From IMG/VR virus record IMGVR_UViG_3300000517_000001: a stretch of 64,000 bases of DNA. The stretch is one strand, 5' to 3'. Position 1 is the first letter of the stretch. Every line of letters starts with the position of its first letter. Both the position numbers and the translations under genes were made by a program. The notes under the pieces were generated by a model. It searched no databases, had not been told where the DNA came from, and worked only from the letters and a program-made list of their open reading frames with translations. Below are positions 17,101-27,560 of the stretch, one piece after another. This DNA is from a virus (taxonomy: Duplodnaviria > Heunggongvirae > Uroviricota > Caudoviricetes).

Positions 17101-19923
17101 GTTAAAATCATCATTTTTAACATCAGCCGTACTAAAGTCTTCAAAATTATCTACAAATATTCCATTTTTAAATCTATCATTACCACTTGCATCAGTAATT
17201 AATAGATCCTTTGCATTAATTTCTAACGCATTAAGGGCCGTATAGTACTCAATATTTTTAACGCGACGATCGATTTTTCCAATATCTTCCATTGTGTATC
17301 TTTTGTTCTCTTTCTTAAGAACAGTGACACCTAAATCACTTCTATCAGCTCTATCTGCAATAATTTTAGGAAGTGAAGGATAGACCGGAATATTAATTGT
17401 TGCCAAAACCATCCCTGTTGTAGGATTAGTCGGCGGCACAGGGTTTTCTGAAGGAGTACCTCTTAAAGATGAAAAGTTAGGTTCTTCATTAATGATAATA
17501 AGGTCTTTTCTAGCAAGATAATATTCATAATCTGTTTCAAATTGCTCATTAGGTGTACTAATATACAACTCATTAGTACCAAAATTTAATGTACTACTTG
17601 GATTGATAGTCGCGCTTCCTTCGGTAGATGAATAAGAAGCAGTATTTTGACAATAAGGTCTAAAGTCAATAGTATTTCTAAGATCAAAAAGCTGACCAGT
17701 TTCAGAGGTGTATCTTGGAATTTGCTCAGTAGTAATAGCAGCAGTATTTGCTGTATTAGCATCATCAATTGGGTACGAATTAACAGTGAAGAATCCGTCA
17801 CTAAATGAGCCTGATGTATTTTTTCTAAAGACTTTAGCCTTAACAAGAATCTTATCAGTACCACTTAATATTAAAGAAGCTTTCTTTTTAATAGAAGAAA
17901 GACCATAGTGTGTATCTTTTTGGCCCGTATTAAAAGTAAAGCTTGTTTTTCTATCTGGATTAGACGTTGAATATGTCGATCCAACATAGATATTATCAAT
18001 CTCATACACGTCTGGAAGACCAAGAGAATATTCACCAACTGCTGTATTTGAAACGTTGTTTGAGCAATCAATTTTTACATAAACTGCTTCAAGATCTTTA
18101 CCAGCTGGTTGAGAAGCACTTTTCTTAACATTATAATAACCTATAACAGGAACACTTGATACTGGAGAAGAAAGGCCAGTAATTGAAAGTGTTGTTGTAG
18201 AAGTAACAGTAACCGTAGCACTAGTTAAATCTACTGGCTTACCATCTTCATATGGAGATTGATTAGCAGTAGTAATTAAAATAATATCTTTTTTCTGCGT
18301 ATTATTAAGAGTCCCAGTATAAGGCCATTCGCCCTCAGAAAGGGTAATATTAATATTACCACTAGTATCAATGTTAAGTGATTTATTAACAGTTCTAAAA
18401 ATAAAATCAAGAACTTTACCTGAGGCGGGAACTGATTTAATACCATCTCTTCCTACAGGAAATAAAGATCTAGCAAAAGATGGTTCAAAAATTTGATTGC
18501 TCACAAGATCTGCAACACCATCATCTCCTGATCCTGTTCCAGGATAGTAAATAGAAAGAACTTCAGAAAAACTTTTTCCAGTATTCATTTGAATATCAAA
18601 AATATAAGCTCTATATTGCGCATCTGCATTTCCTATCGTGCCATCTTCATATAGGAAAGATCTAATTTTAGCTTCACCTATTTTATTTCCAGTTGGAGTA
18701 CCAGGAACGGTGCCACCGGTGGCAGCATTTTGAGCAGTATCATAAAGATCAATAGTAGCTGCAATATTAGGATCAAAATTACCTAAAAATTCATCAACAA
18801 CAATATACTGACCAATATTTGTTGCAATTGATTGGTCTTCTTCTACTAGAAAATCAGTAGCCTTATCAATTTGTAAATCATATGTGTTAAGTAGTTCAAT
18901 TCGTCTACCTTCAACATATGCTGTACCAGCACCTACTAACACATCTAATTTTTCTGTATTTGCTGTATTTTGAGCAACATTAATTGGAAAATTTTTAACA
19001 GTGTAGTTTCCGGACTCTTCACGAGTTCTTTTATTCATTACTTCCATTAGACCGGAATATTCGGTGCTTTTGTTTCTTCTTACTACAGAACCTTTAACGT
19101 ATTCTTGGATTGCAAAGAATTTTTCATCTTTTTTAGCTTCAATAGAATTTTTTCTTACCAAAGTCGCAGTAAGTTTAAGTCTATCAGCCCCCGGCGCATT
19201 AAAGTTATTGAAACCATTAGCGTTATCAAGAAGAGATGTATCATTATTACTATTAATAATACTTTCGTTTACATCAAAACCTACCACGATGCGATCAGGA
19301 TAATTTGTATATTTTGAAACAATTTGAATTTGTTCTTCTACTCGAACAAAAAACCCTTTTTGATAAATGATACCATCACCAACTCTAACACCATATGCAG
19401 CTCCTACTGAATTTGATTCAGTGGATCCTGCTGCCACAACCGTAGCAATAAGTTCATTCGTAGAAAAATTGCGAATTTCAATGTTTTCAGTATCAGAAAA
19501 CTCTTTTTCGCCGCTATTTCCGCTAGTAAGATATTTAACAAATATCGTATTTAAGTCAGGTGATTGTGTTTGTAGACCAGTTTCTACAATAACAATTTTA
19601 GCTTCAATTCCTGTAGTAACACCAACTGCTCGAGCATCTAAATATGTACTCATAGAAACTGGCTGACCATTAGTCTGTAGGTCAAGGATTTTAATATATC
19701 CTAAATCTGGCACCTCGACAAAATTGCACCCTTTAATAATTGTGCCTTCGCGAAGAATATTATCCCCAAATCTTTCAATTTGATTTTGAAGAATTGTCTG
19801 TAACTGAGTAAGCTCTCGTGCTTGTACTGCCACCGATGGCTTGAAAAGAACTCTGTGAAAGTTCTTTTCTTCATTAAAGTCATCAAAATATGGGGATACG
19901 TTTAGGTCTGTGTCAACTGCCAT
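14176..19923 (-). CDS. giant structural protein (1915 aa), baseplate/fibre-associated
   Basis: Ser/Thr/Asn-rich beta composition. Internal poly-Pro linker PVPPPPPVQPVP. Sits between wedge and fibre genes. Confidence 0.55.
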   Translation of the reverse strand: MAVDTDLNVSPYFDDFNEEKNFHRVLFKPSVAVQARELTQLQTILQNQIERFGDNILREGTIIKGCNFVEVPDLGYIKILDLQTNGQPVSMSTYLDARAVGVTTGIEAKIVIVETGLQTQSPDLNTIFVKYLTSGNSGEKEFSDTENIEIRNFSTNELIATVVAAGSTESNSVGAAYGVRVGDGIIYQKGFFVRVEEQIQIVSKYTNYPDRIVVGFDVNESIINSNNDTSLLDNANGFNNFNAPGADRLKLTATLVRKNSIEAKKDEKFFAIQEYVKGSVVRRNKSTEYSGLMEVMNKRTREESGNYTVKNFPINVAQNTANTEKLDVLVGAGTAYVEGRRIELLNTYDLQIDKATDFLVEEDQSIATNIGQYIVVDEFLGNFDPNIAATIDLYDTAQNAATGGTVPGTPTGNKIGEAKIRSFLYEDGTIGNADAQYRAYIFDIQMNTGKSFSEVLSIYYPGTGSGDDGVADLVSNQIFEPSFARSLFPVGRDGIKSVPASGKVLDFIFRTVNKSLNIDTSGNINITLSEGEWPYTGTLNNTQKKDIILITTANQSPYEDGKPVDLTSATVTVTSTTTLSITGLSSPVSSVPVIGYYNVKKSASQPAGKDLEAVYVKIDCSNNVSNTAVGEYSLGLPDVYEIDNIYVGSTYSTSNPDRKTSFTFNTGQKDTHYGLSSIKKKASLILSGTDKILVKAKVFRKNTSGSFSDGFFTVNSYPIDDANTANTAAITTEQIPRYTSETGQLFDLRNTIDFRPYCQNTASYSSTEGSATINPSSTLNFGTNELYISTPNEQFETDYEYYLARKDLIIINEEPNFSSLRGTPSENPVPPTNPTTGMVLATINIPVYPSLPKIIADRADRSDLGVTVLKKENKRYTMEDIGKIDRRVKNIEYYTALNALEINAKDLLITDASGNDRFKNGIFVDNFEDFSTADVKNDDFNAGIDPVVKEITPKFKLHALDMVPYSTESWSNVTNHGEAATLEIIAEDPFIDQVYSTSFRSCTTDFYKFNGEAQIFPEYDGAYDTNQAPALNIDVDLTTPFTEFTNRLSQFVPLVQSRVVSTRTSTIGASSTSQRVGNQIVTTNSQTTRTSQTIRNDELIVEEGNSTRQEVGNFITDFRFQPFLRARPIRIFAAGLKPNTRHYFYFDQQDINEFVAPGELTNSNIVDMTLSGPYGTPITTDASGNIFAIFRIPEETFYVGDRVLKIIDVDDLTSEEAFSSSTSITYRGFNFEVDKRGINVTTRTPEFNIASSSRTNTSTRTVVNTVRQSVPVPPPPPVQPVPNVAAPTRTSGIQEQARFEPGDGGGGDDPISQTFTVKLNHTDDTVVMLTKADVYFNQKSPTRGVTFEIRETENGFPTSRTVPFSKVHLNSNEVNVSADGSVATTFTFKAPVTLKAEVEYCFVVKPDANDPDYRIWIARSGESDTISGTAVTQDAHDGTLFTSTNDSAWTPYQDENIKFTLYKAEFADNGAMKLSNKNTEFFTLDNISGDFIVGEEMFVVNANVDGNVSVSTNSKTITGTGLSVFNNNDKFAYYANSTIIDVLTVDQVVSNTEIIVKETPKYANTNTTFFKTVSGTVTYYDRNTPSQIYIDNSNARSGTYNYLDTSNTTITAANYFEANTMLMGESSGATADIVSVDNFKVSYIQTNFYVTSFDYTNYNISADRLIDENTETLYADGLPFNMSPNSNNYLRKYPTIIKSRSNEIVDGSGKSLSINIDLENTSPFTAKDASPFVDHTISSIMAYGYQINNIVDDGSVTELDGTENGPAESKYISKRIILGDGFDADDLRLYMTAYRPPATDIKVYIRFKNLVDPRDFNTIEWTELLLKNETNLFSTESDRFDYREFEFYIPSQPSGDFVAGGGAALNSDNNDVIRYISPDGTIYDNYKSFAIKIVMLSTSHKNVPRIKNIRSIALT

Positions 19924-19938
19924 TTGTTCTTCTTACCT

Positions 19939-22251
19939 TTAAAATTCTATGATAAGTTTAATTCGTTCTGTCTGATCGCTTTGTCGAGATATAGGTTCAA
20001 AATGCTCTATGTAAATCACTTCACCAGATTCATCGACAATCTTATTTTTCGTTTCATCTAGTCCACTAATCTTTGCTACAGCTCCAGACTCTTGTCCTAC
20101 AAAAGTATTTATAACACCAGACAGATCATCTGATACGGAAAAGTTACCTTTAATGCCGGTCAATGAAATAACTGTTGTATTAGCTGCACCACTATTTATT
20201 TCGTGTACATAACCAGTTGCAGTAGCTTGCAATGTATTATCGACATCTAGTACTGTAGCTGTCGTATTTGCACTACTTCCCTGGATAACATTAACAGTTG
20301 TATTACCCGTTAAAAATGTTCCAGAAACGTTGAATAGTACAATAGTAGAATCGTATCTATCACTTACAGTTCCTTGAGCACCGGTATCAGCCTGTGTAAT
20401 CACTTCACCACTATTGTAAATAAGTGCGCTGTCATCAATAGTAAGTCTTACAATATCAGAACTAAGTTGATTAATTCCAGATTGAATTACAAGCTCGTCT
20501 TTAATAAATCCTGTACCACTTGGACCAGTATAAGTTATTTCAACCTGATAAGTTTCTCTTTGATCAAATGTTTCAAACTGTCTATCAAGAGCTGATACTT
20601 CAGCTGTCGTATTGCTAGTTAAACCGGTAATTACATTAACACTACTGTTTCCAGTTTCAAAAAAGCCACGAATATTTGTAAGTCTTAAAGTAGAGCCATC
20701 TCTATCAGTAACGTCACCAGTTGCATTTGTATCAGACTGAATTACAGATTCACCGGCTTGGAAGTTTGTTGCAACAGAGTCAGAAAGAGTTATTTCAACG
20801 TTAGCGAATAGAGGATCTTTAATAAGAGTAAGCTTGCGATAATCATTTTCCACAGGTATCGTGTTAGCCTCAGTATTAGCAAATTCAACACTAATACATA
20901 TTTTATTTGCACATAATTCATTGAAAATATTTGCGCCATGACCACCTTTAGGGCCTATAATTGTTCTGACGTCAGCCGAACTTGTAGAGATTGCTAAACT
21001 TGTATTTGTATCGATAAAGCCGGTATTAGCAACAACGGTGACTTCAGCAGTGGTATAACCACTTCCTCCTGTGATCACATTAACAGCACTAATAGTATTT
21101 GCGGAAGGATCAACTTCAGCAATTGCTCGAGCACCGGTACCATCACCGGAAATAACAACATTTGGTCCAATTTCATATACAGAACTACTATCAGGTAAAG
21201 GCGATAGTGGTTGATCCAAAAGAACTCTTCTCTCGGTGCCTGTTACAATATATTCTGAAATTGTTCTAAGTTGCCCAGCCCCAAGACCAGATTTAACGTA
21301 AAATGCACTATTTTTATAAAAGTCTGTATTAGCTGAAAGGGCAGTAGTAAGACGAGATGTAGAAACAATTGTTGCTTCTGTATTACTTGTAACACCAGTT
21401 AGTGTTTGGCCACTAACAAAATCAAAAATCGTATTTGTAATTTGAACAGTATTATTAGACTCATAGACATTAATGATAACACCAGATGAAATGTTACCAT
21501 CATTATCAAGAGAGGTAACCTTTTCTTGAACGAATCCAGTTACATCATCTACAGTCACTAGGAAGTCAGTGAATCTTTCACCAGACAATGCATACAACTG
21601 AGTGTTACCAGCAACAGCTGCTTCTTTTACTGTTCCAGTCGCATAGCTATTATAATTTTGTCCACCATCTTCTACGATAATTGTTTCAATTGCTCCACTT
21701 ACAGCATTTGCAGTTACATTAGGATCCTCAAAAATAGGAATATATTCTGTAGTAGCAAATTTATTGTATTGTGATTGTGTAATAGTGCATAGATATTTCC
21801 ATTGATAACCATCTACTGTTCTATACAATTCATCTTCTGCAGATGTTTCAGAAAAAAGAGGCTGATCAATGGAAGGAACTCCACCGTTATTATCTAAACA
21901 TTTAAAAATGTAATAGTTATTAGATTCTTCTGAAACGACATAGAATATTTTGGATTGTAAATCATCATCTAAGTCATCATACTTATCGTATACTGTGCCA
22001 GATTGCCATTGATTATTTTTTACCATAAAGGCAACATCTGCAGGTGTAATATGCTTACCAAAAATTAGTTCATCGTATATCTCATGATTAACATTTTTTT
22101 GAGTGTTAACTGGAACAGGAATTTGAATGTCATTAGCAAATGGTACACTGCGATGAGCACCAGCATAATAGATAGTATTAGCAGATTCATTAAATCCTTC
22201 ATAAAACTGCTGAGCAATATTTACTTTAAATGCATCTGTGAGAATTTTCAT
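19939..22251 (-). CDS. baseplate/short-fibre-associated structural protein (770 aa)
   Basis: Synteny in the wedge/fibre operon. Repeat-rich beta composition. Confidence 0.5.
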   Translation of the reverse strand: MKILTDAFKVNIAQQFYEGFNESANTIYYAGAHRSVPFANDIQIPVPVNTQKNVNHEIYDELIFGKHITPADVAFMVKNNQWQSGTVYDKYDDLDDDLQSKIFYVVSEESNNYYIFKCLDNNGGVPSIDQPLFSETSAEDELYRTVDGYQWKYLCTITQSQYNKFATTEYIPIFEDPNVTANAVSGAIETIIVEDGGQNYNSYATGTVKEAAVAGNTQLYALSGERFTDFLVTVDDVTGFVQEKVTSLDNDGNISSGVIINVYESNNTVQITNTIFDFVSGQTLTGVTSNTEATIVSTSRLTTALSANTDFYKNSAFYVKSGLGAGQLRTISEYIVTGTERRVLLDQPLSPLPDSSSVYEIGPNVVISGDGTGARAIAEVDPSANTISAVNVITGGSGYTTAEVTVVANTGFIDTNTSLAISTSSADVRTIIGPKGGHGANIFNELCANKICISVEFANTEANTIPVENDYRKLTLIKDPLFANVEITLSDSVATNFQAGESVIQSDTNATGDVTDRDGSTLRLTNIRGFFETGNSSVNVITGLTSNTTAEVSALDRQFETFDQRETYQVEITYTGPSGTGFIKDELVIQSGINQLSSDIVRLTIDDSALIYNSGEVITQADTGAQGTVSDRYDSTIVLFNVSGTFLTGNTTVNVIQGSSANTTATVLDVDNTLQATATGYVHEINSGAANTTVISLTGIKGNFSVSDDLSGVINTFVGQESGAVAKISGLDETKNKIVDESGEVIYIEHFEPISRQSDQTERIKLIIEF

Positions 22252-22259
22252 TTTATTTC

Positions 22260-25200
22260 CTAAATTATTTCTATGCTACTATTTGCTGCTTGAGCAATTG
22301 AAGGTATCACGCTCGAGTTAATAACTGTTCCAAATATTTCATTACCAGCAATATGTACTACATCTCTAATGATATCGATATATCTATTTAAAGATAAACC
22401 TGTTTGAATATCATATGAGAATTCCTGATAGTATTTATTATCATGGATTTTCTTTTCTGAATTAAGATGAGATGATGTGGTTTTCCAATATCCTTCAGAA
22501 ATACCTTGATTAACAATTTGTGCTTTACCATTAATTATAAAATCCAAACCTTTTCTTTCTAAAATTACATCGCCATCTTGTATGTATCCATAACCTGAGT
22601 CAATAACTTCAACAACAGTAGCAATGCCAGAAGCATTAATTGCTGTTCCTTGGATATTGGCATTTTCACCAAGAGCTTCGCTTTCTGGTATACCAATTAT
22701 AGAGTCAATATCAGCAGTAGACTCTGTAATGCTTCCTACTATTGGAAAACTTTGATCAAAAGCCACATTAAAAGAAGTTCTTTCAACTTCAATTACACCA
22801 GTTCCAGCTCCACTTGATACATAAGATAAAACTTTACCTTTTGCAGTAGTCGTTAAATCAATTTCTTGTTCGATAATTTCACCAATTGCAAATGAACCAA
22901 TAACACCACTAACATTCAATAAAAAGTTTTTTCTATTGTATGAAGCAATATATTTATTTCTAACACTAACAAACGGATCTACGTTATAATCTTGACCTGG
23001 GTTAATCCTTGTAAGTGACGCAATAGTTCCAATAGTAAAGTTTGCCACAGTGAGAGCATTTCCAAGTATAGTATTCACATCAGAGTTTGGATCCTTTGCA
23101 AATCCATATCCAAAATCCATAACCACTTCCGCATTTGCAATATCACCAGAAGTGGAAGGTAAATTGATAGTTGGTGCTTGATAAAACCCTGCGCCAGGAT
23201 CATCAATCGTTATTGTTTGAATTGTTCCATTTGCATCCGTAGTAATAGATCCTTCAGCTTCAAGTAAAGGATCTCCGCTAGCGAAACCACCACCGTCAAA
23301 CGTAACAATAGAACCATTAGAGTATAGTGTTCCTCCATCATTTATTGTAATGCTATCAATAAATCCGACACCACTATTAGATCCGTCAAGACCAATATCA
23401 ACAAATGGCACTCCGGCAATATTTACACCCCCAATAAGATCAGTATTTAATGATACAACTTCTGTATCTTCAAGGAAACCGATATCAAAATCAGCACCAA
23501 TACCAGTTTTAATATCAATGATAGATTTTTCTACTTCAATAATATCTCCATTTGCATTACGCGGTGGAGATAAAAGCTCTTCACGATTTGTTTCAATTGT
23601 AAAAGCACTTGATCCTTCAACAAAATAAAATGGTTCTGTATTTCCATAAATCCCAATTGATGTTGTGTTTTGACCAACCACAATACCTTGACTGTAATTA
23701 TTCGATACAGTATCAATTACACCATTAGCTGCACTATTACCAGAAAGCCAAAGATCAGTTGCACCACTATCAATTACTGTATCGATAGTATCAATCAATC
23801 TAGTCTTAACACCACGAATTTTATTGTTAGCTGTGAATTCACCGAAAATATCTCGAACATTTACATTTGCTCCATCCACAGAAGCTACTTGGCCTCTTGC
23901 ACCAGGATCTGTGATATTAATACTATCGACACTCGCCTCAACACTAGTATTTGATTGAAGGATAATTTTAAGATCTTCAGAGAACTCGCCCCAAGCTTCG
24001 ATAAGAGAAAGTGTTGTGGCATTTGCTGTATCAACAGTGCCAAATACATAACTCGTAATTAGATTAGCTACAGGATCTCTTTCTTCTTGAAAGATTACAT
24101 CTCCAGGAGAAAATGTACCAGTAGCATCTGAATAAGTAATATCAAGAGCAGATTCTTCTTCAATATATTCTGTAGGAAAAAATGCTACAGCATTTGAAGT
24201 TTGGATTAAACGCAAATCGTTAAATGTGCTACCTTCTAATGCCTGTAACGTAATGATAGAATTTGCGGATGCAGTTGTTATAATGTTCCCGTTTGCATCT
24301 GTATTAGCAACAGAAATAACAACCCCATTAGCTACTTGTGTGCCTGATCCATCGATACCAAGAATGTAATCACCAGCAACTGCATTATTAATATCTGTGG
24401 CAGATAAAGTTGTAATTGTTTCAATTCTTTGCACAACTGTTTCATAATCAATAAAGTCTAAATTTGCATTATCGATATCTAACATTGCAGTTGCGACATA
24501 TATGTCGCTTGCTGTTTGATCAGGAAACTGAGTATTTGTGTATCCGTAACCGCCCTCTACAATTTCAAAATCAACTCGACCTGTGGCATCTACAGTATCA
24601 GTTACACGAACTTTGCCTTGCTTACCCGAACTACTAACAACATCAAACACATCACCGATTTGGTTATTTCTACCGCCTTGTATCAAATTAATACTTGTAA
24701 GAGAACCTGTAATAGTAGGACAATCTTTAATGTTGCCATCTTCTGTAATTCTTTCATCTCGAATAAAATTACCTTGCACATTGCTCAAATAAACAATATC
24801 TATAATTCTGCCTTCTACTCTTTTAGACACCACACCTTCGACAAAGGCACGTGCACCTGAGTTTGATCCTGTAATCTGCTTTCCTACAAAATTAGCAGTA
24901 CGCGGTGATCTTGTTACTTCCAAATAAAAGGGTCTATACCAAATAGAATCAGAGGCACGTAAAATATCTTGACCTGGTGTATAAATCTCTGTTACATCTT
25001 CACCAAATAAGATGTTCATTAAAAGTTTTACAGATCTCTCAGATCCTTTAGATCTATAAAGATCTAGAATATTTTTAACAAGAAATTTCTTATCAGTAAA
25101 AGCCACAAACGGAAAATCTTTAAGATACTTTTCTTTAAAGTATACAATAAACTCTTCGAGAGTAGTATCAATATCTCTGATTGTAAACATATTTCTGCTT

Positions 25201-25343
25201 AAATTTACAGAATAATCAGGATTTGATTCTAAAAACTCATAATACGCCTCAAGAAAGACAATCAGTTGTTGACCTTCTTCTTTATAGATATTCGGAAATT
25301 GACTTTCAATTAATGATGAAATATTTGTTACAATATCTGTCAT
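22260..25343 (-). CDS. baseplate wedge protein, gp7-like by size and position (1027 aa)
   Basis: Immediately downstream of the gp6-like gene. T4 gp7-sized. Confidence 0.45.
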   Translation of the reverse strand: MTDIVTNISSLIESQFPNIYKEEGQQLIVFLEAYYEFLESNPDYSVNLSRNMFTIRDIDTTLEEFIVYFKEKYLKDFPFVAFTDKKFLVKNILDLYRSKGSERSVKLLMNILFGEDVTEIYTPGQDILRASDSIWYRPFYLEVTRSPRTANFVGKQITGSNSGARAFVEGVVSKRVEGRIIDIVYLSNVQGNFIRDERITEDGNIKDCPTITGSLTSINLIQGGRNNQIGDVFDVVSSSGKQGKVRVTDTVDATGRVDFEIVEGGYGYTNTQFPDQTASDIYVATAMLDIDNANLDFIDYETVVQRIETITTLSATDINNAVAGDYILGIDGSGTQVANGVVISVANTDANGNIITTASANSIITLQALEGSTFNDLRLIQTSNAVAFFPTEYIEEESALDITYSDATGTFSPGDVIFQEERDPVANLITSYVFGTVDTANATTLSLIEAWGEFSEDLKIILQSNTSVEASVDSINITDPGARGQVASVDGANVNVRDIFGEFTANNKIRGVKTRLIDTIDTVIDSGATDLWLSGNSAANGVIDTVSNNYSQGIVVGQNTTSIGIYGNTEPFYFVEGSSAFTIETNREELLSPPRNANGDIIEVEKSIIDIKTGIGADFDIGFLEDTEVVSLNTDLIGGVNIAGVPFVDIGLDGSNSGVGFIDSITINDGGTLYSNGSIVTFDGGGFASGDPLLEAEGSITTDANGTIQTITIDDPGAGFYQAPTINLPSTSGDIANAEVVMDFGYGFAKDPNSDVNTILGNALTVANFTIGTIASLTRINPGQDYNVDPFVSVRNKYIASYNRKNFLLNVSGVIGSFAIGEIIEQEIDLTTTAKGKVLSYVSSGAGTGVIEVERTSFNVAFDQSFPIVGSITESTADIDSIIGIPESEALGENANIQGTAINASGIATVVEVIDSGYGYIQDGDVILERKGLDFIINGKAQIVNQGISEGYWKTTSSHLNSEKKIHDNKYYQEFSYDIQTGLSLNRYIDIIRDVVHIAGNEIFGTVINSSVIPSIAQAANSSIEII

Positions 25344-25345
25344 AC

Positions 25346-27121
25346 TTAACTACCAATAACTGTAATTGTGATGTCTTCATCTCTTATAGTGGCTATTCTA
25401 TTTTTAATCCCAAAAATATTACCACAGCGTGTTCGTCCTACTAATTTAATGGAAGATCCTCCAAATGAATCAACAACAATGCTATTAATTACAACTGCAC
25501 CGGTATTATAGTCAATTGTTCCTGCATCATTTTTAAGATATACAAATCCGCCTTCTTGATTTGAAATGATTTTTAAAATACCTCGTCCATCATCTTGTAA
25601 GAATGCAGTCTTACCTTGATATATGAACTCAGATGATTTTAATGCAGGTTCGTGAAGATTAATATCATCACCAATATCCAAAGGAGGATGTCGATACATA
25701 ACATTATTATAAGTAAATCTTAGAGTAGAAGGAACTCCTAAAGTAGGATTGAACTCTACAATAGCTCTCACTGCTATATCATTTGATAATATTGCTGAGC
25801 TGCTATTGTCAATAGCACTAGACAGTTTACTAAATCTAACATCTCTGTTAAATTCATTGAGATTTAAGTTACTATAATTGAGTATTGCACTTTTTGCTAG
25901 CGATTCTATATTAGATGCACTTAAGCTTGTTTTTTCAGTGTCATAATAAACTCTAGATTCGACGCTGATGTATAGGAATTCCGCGGCCACAATTCTTGGC
26001 TCAATAGCAAGAGGCGCTCTTTCACTTAAGAAGTTAGAATACTCAGTTTTAGCATTTTCACTAACACCATCAGAATCTTGAATATCAACAGAGATAATTA
26101 CTCGTCCATACTGAGGAGGATCAAGAGTCTCTCCACCATATGCAGATACGGCTTGGATTTCTGGAAACTGATTTTTTAGAAGTACTTCATAATCTGATTC
26201 TGTTACAGCTCTTTCCTGAATTTGAATAGATTTAGGAGCAAAGAATTTAATTGATTCTATGCTTTCTCTCTCAGCGCCGCCTTGTGATCTTGACGTCACA
26301 GTTTCAGTGCTACTAATCCCGTTAATTTGTGTATCTAAATTAATTGTTTGAATACCATTAGCATCATCACCATTTGTAACACGATATTCGATTCGAATTA
26401 CATTACCATTAATTGGCTGTTTGCCAAATACGTTATTACCAAATACAACTTCATAACGATTACCATGATAAGGTTGAAGATAAAAAATTTCTGAATTACT
26501 TTGCACACCAAAAATATTTGATTTGTAAAGGTATTCAGTTTCAGTTGCAGAAGAACTATTAGCCTTTACATAGACTTTAACACTTTCAGTATCAACATTT
26601 GCATTATTGATAATAAATTTTTGATCAGCAATTCCAGTAGCTTCATAAAATTCATCAATATAACGGCCTTCAAATACAACAACATCATCAATAATATACT
26701 GACCATTTATTGCTCGAGCAGTATAAGCCGTATCATTGTAAAAAGAATATGTAGAAGATCCACAGCGCGCGGTAAATTTTGTCTTACGAGGAATTGTAAT
26801 AGTCGCTGGGTTGTTTGTAGGGAAAAATTGAACTCGTAAATTAGCATTTGCGGATCTACGAGAGCGAGGAAGATAGTTTAATTCCTTTGCGTGCGATACA
26901 ACGCTGTCCTTGATTTGTGCAGAATCAAGGAACATTTCGCTAATTGCCATGTTTGTATAAAAGTTATTTTGGAATGTATTATATGCTAATACATCCAGTA
27001 ACACATTCATGTTGGATCCTTCAAAGTCATAATCTTTAAAGCGATCCTGTGCTTTAAGGTAACTTTTCAGACTTGCCTTAACGTTTTCAAAGTCAAGATT
27101 TGTAAATGTTTGGTTTGCCAT
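25346..27121 (-). CDS. baseplate wedge protein gp6-like (Baseplate_J-like)
   Basis: 591 aa, directly downstream of the gp25-like gene. N-terminal region typical of the gp6/J family. Confidence 0.55.
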   Translation of the reverse strand: MANQTFTNLDFENVKASLKSYLKAQDRFKDYDFEGSNMNVLLDVLAYNTFQNNFYTNMAISEMFLDSAQIKDSVVSHAKELNYLPRSRRSANANLRVQFFPTNNPATITIPRKTKFTARCGSSTYSFYNDTAYTARAINGQYIIDDVVVFEGRYIDEFYEATGIADQKFIINNANVDTESVKVYVKANSSSATETEYLYKSNIFGVQSNSEIFYLQPYHGNRYEVVFGNNVFGKQPINGNVIRIEYRVTNGDDANGIQTINLDTQINGISSTETVTSRSQGGAERESIESIKFFAPKSIQIQERAVTESDYEVLLKNQFPEIQAVSAYGGETLDPPQYGRVIISVDIQDSDGVSENAKTEYSNFLSERAPLAIEPRIVAAEFLYISVESRVYYDTEKTSLSASNIESLAKSAILNYSNLNLNEFNRDVRFSKLSSAIDNSSSAILSNDIAVRAIVEFNPTLGVPSTLRFTYNNVMYRHPPLDIGDDINLHEPALKSSEFIYQGKTAFLQDDGRGILKIISNQEGGFVYLKNDAGTIDYNTGAVVINSIVVDSFGGSSIKLVGRTRCGNIFGIKNRIATIRDEDITITVIGS

Positions 27122-27528
27122 TATCGGATCCTATTCAGTACTACTTCGAGTGTTGTTGGCTCTTCATTATTTATAAGAGCAAAAGTAATGATCACTCGAA
27201 TCTCATTTGAGTCAATTCTTCCGGTTACATCTACGCCAAGAAGATTGCATCGAGGCTCATATGTTTGAATAGTTTCAAATACCATGTTGCGCATCGTGTC
27301 AACAGTTTCTTGTGTAAAGTTTTCGAATAACATAGCACGGATATCGCAACCAACTTCGGGTTGAAATAATCTTTCACCTCGATCAGTAAGAATCAAATTC
27401 TTAATTGACTCTTTTACTGCTTCTTCATTAATCTTCCGAGAAACATCAGAACTGACAGGATTCAAAAGCAAATCCTTTCCAAAGTCTGAATAGATTTCTC
27501 TTTTCTTTGTAAGAGGTGTGATGGCCAT
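27121..27528 (-). CDS. baseplate wedge protein gp25-like (GPW/gp25 family)
   Basis: 135 aa. EAVKESIKNLILTDRGERLFQPEVGCDIRAMLFEN matches the gp25/W lysozyme-like fold family signature. Confidence 0.6.
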   Translation of the reverse strand: MAITPLTKKREIYSDFGKDLLLNPVSSDVSRKINEEAVKESIKNLILTDRGERLFQPEVGCDIRAMLFENFTQETVDTMRNMVFETIQTYEPRCNLLGVDVTGRIDSNEIRVIITFALINNEEPTTLEVVLNRIR

Positions 27529-27560
27529 GTTTACTCTCTTCTTTTAGTTATTTATTAAAC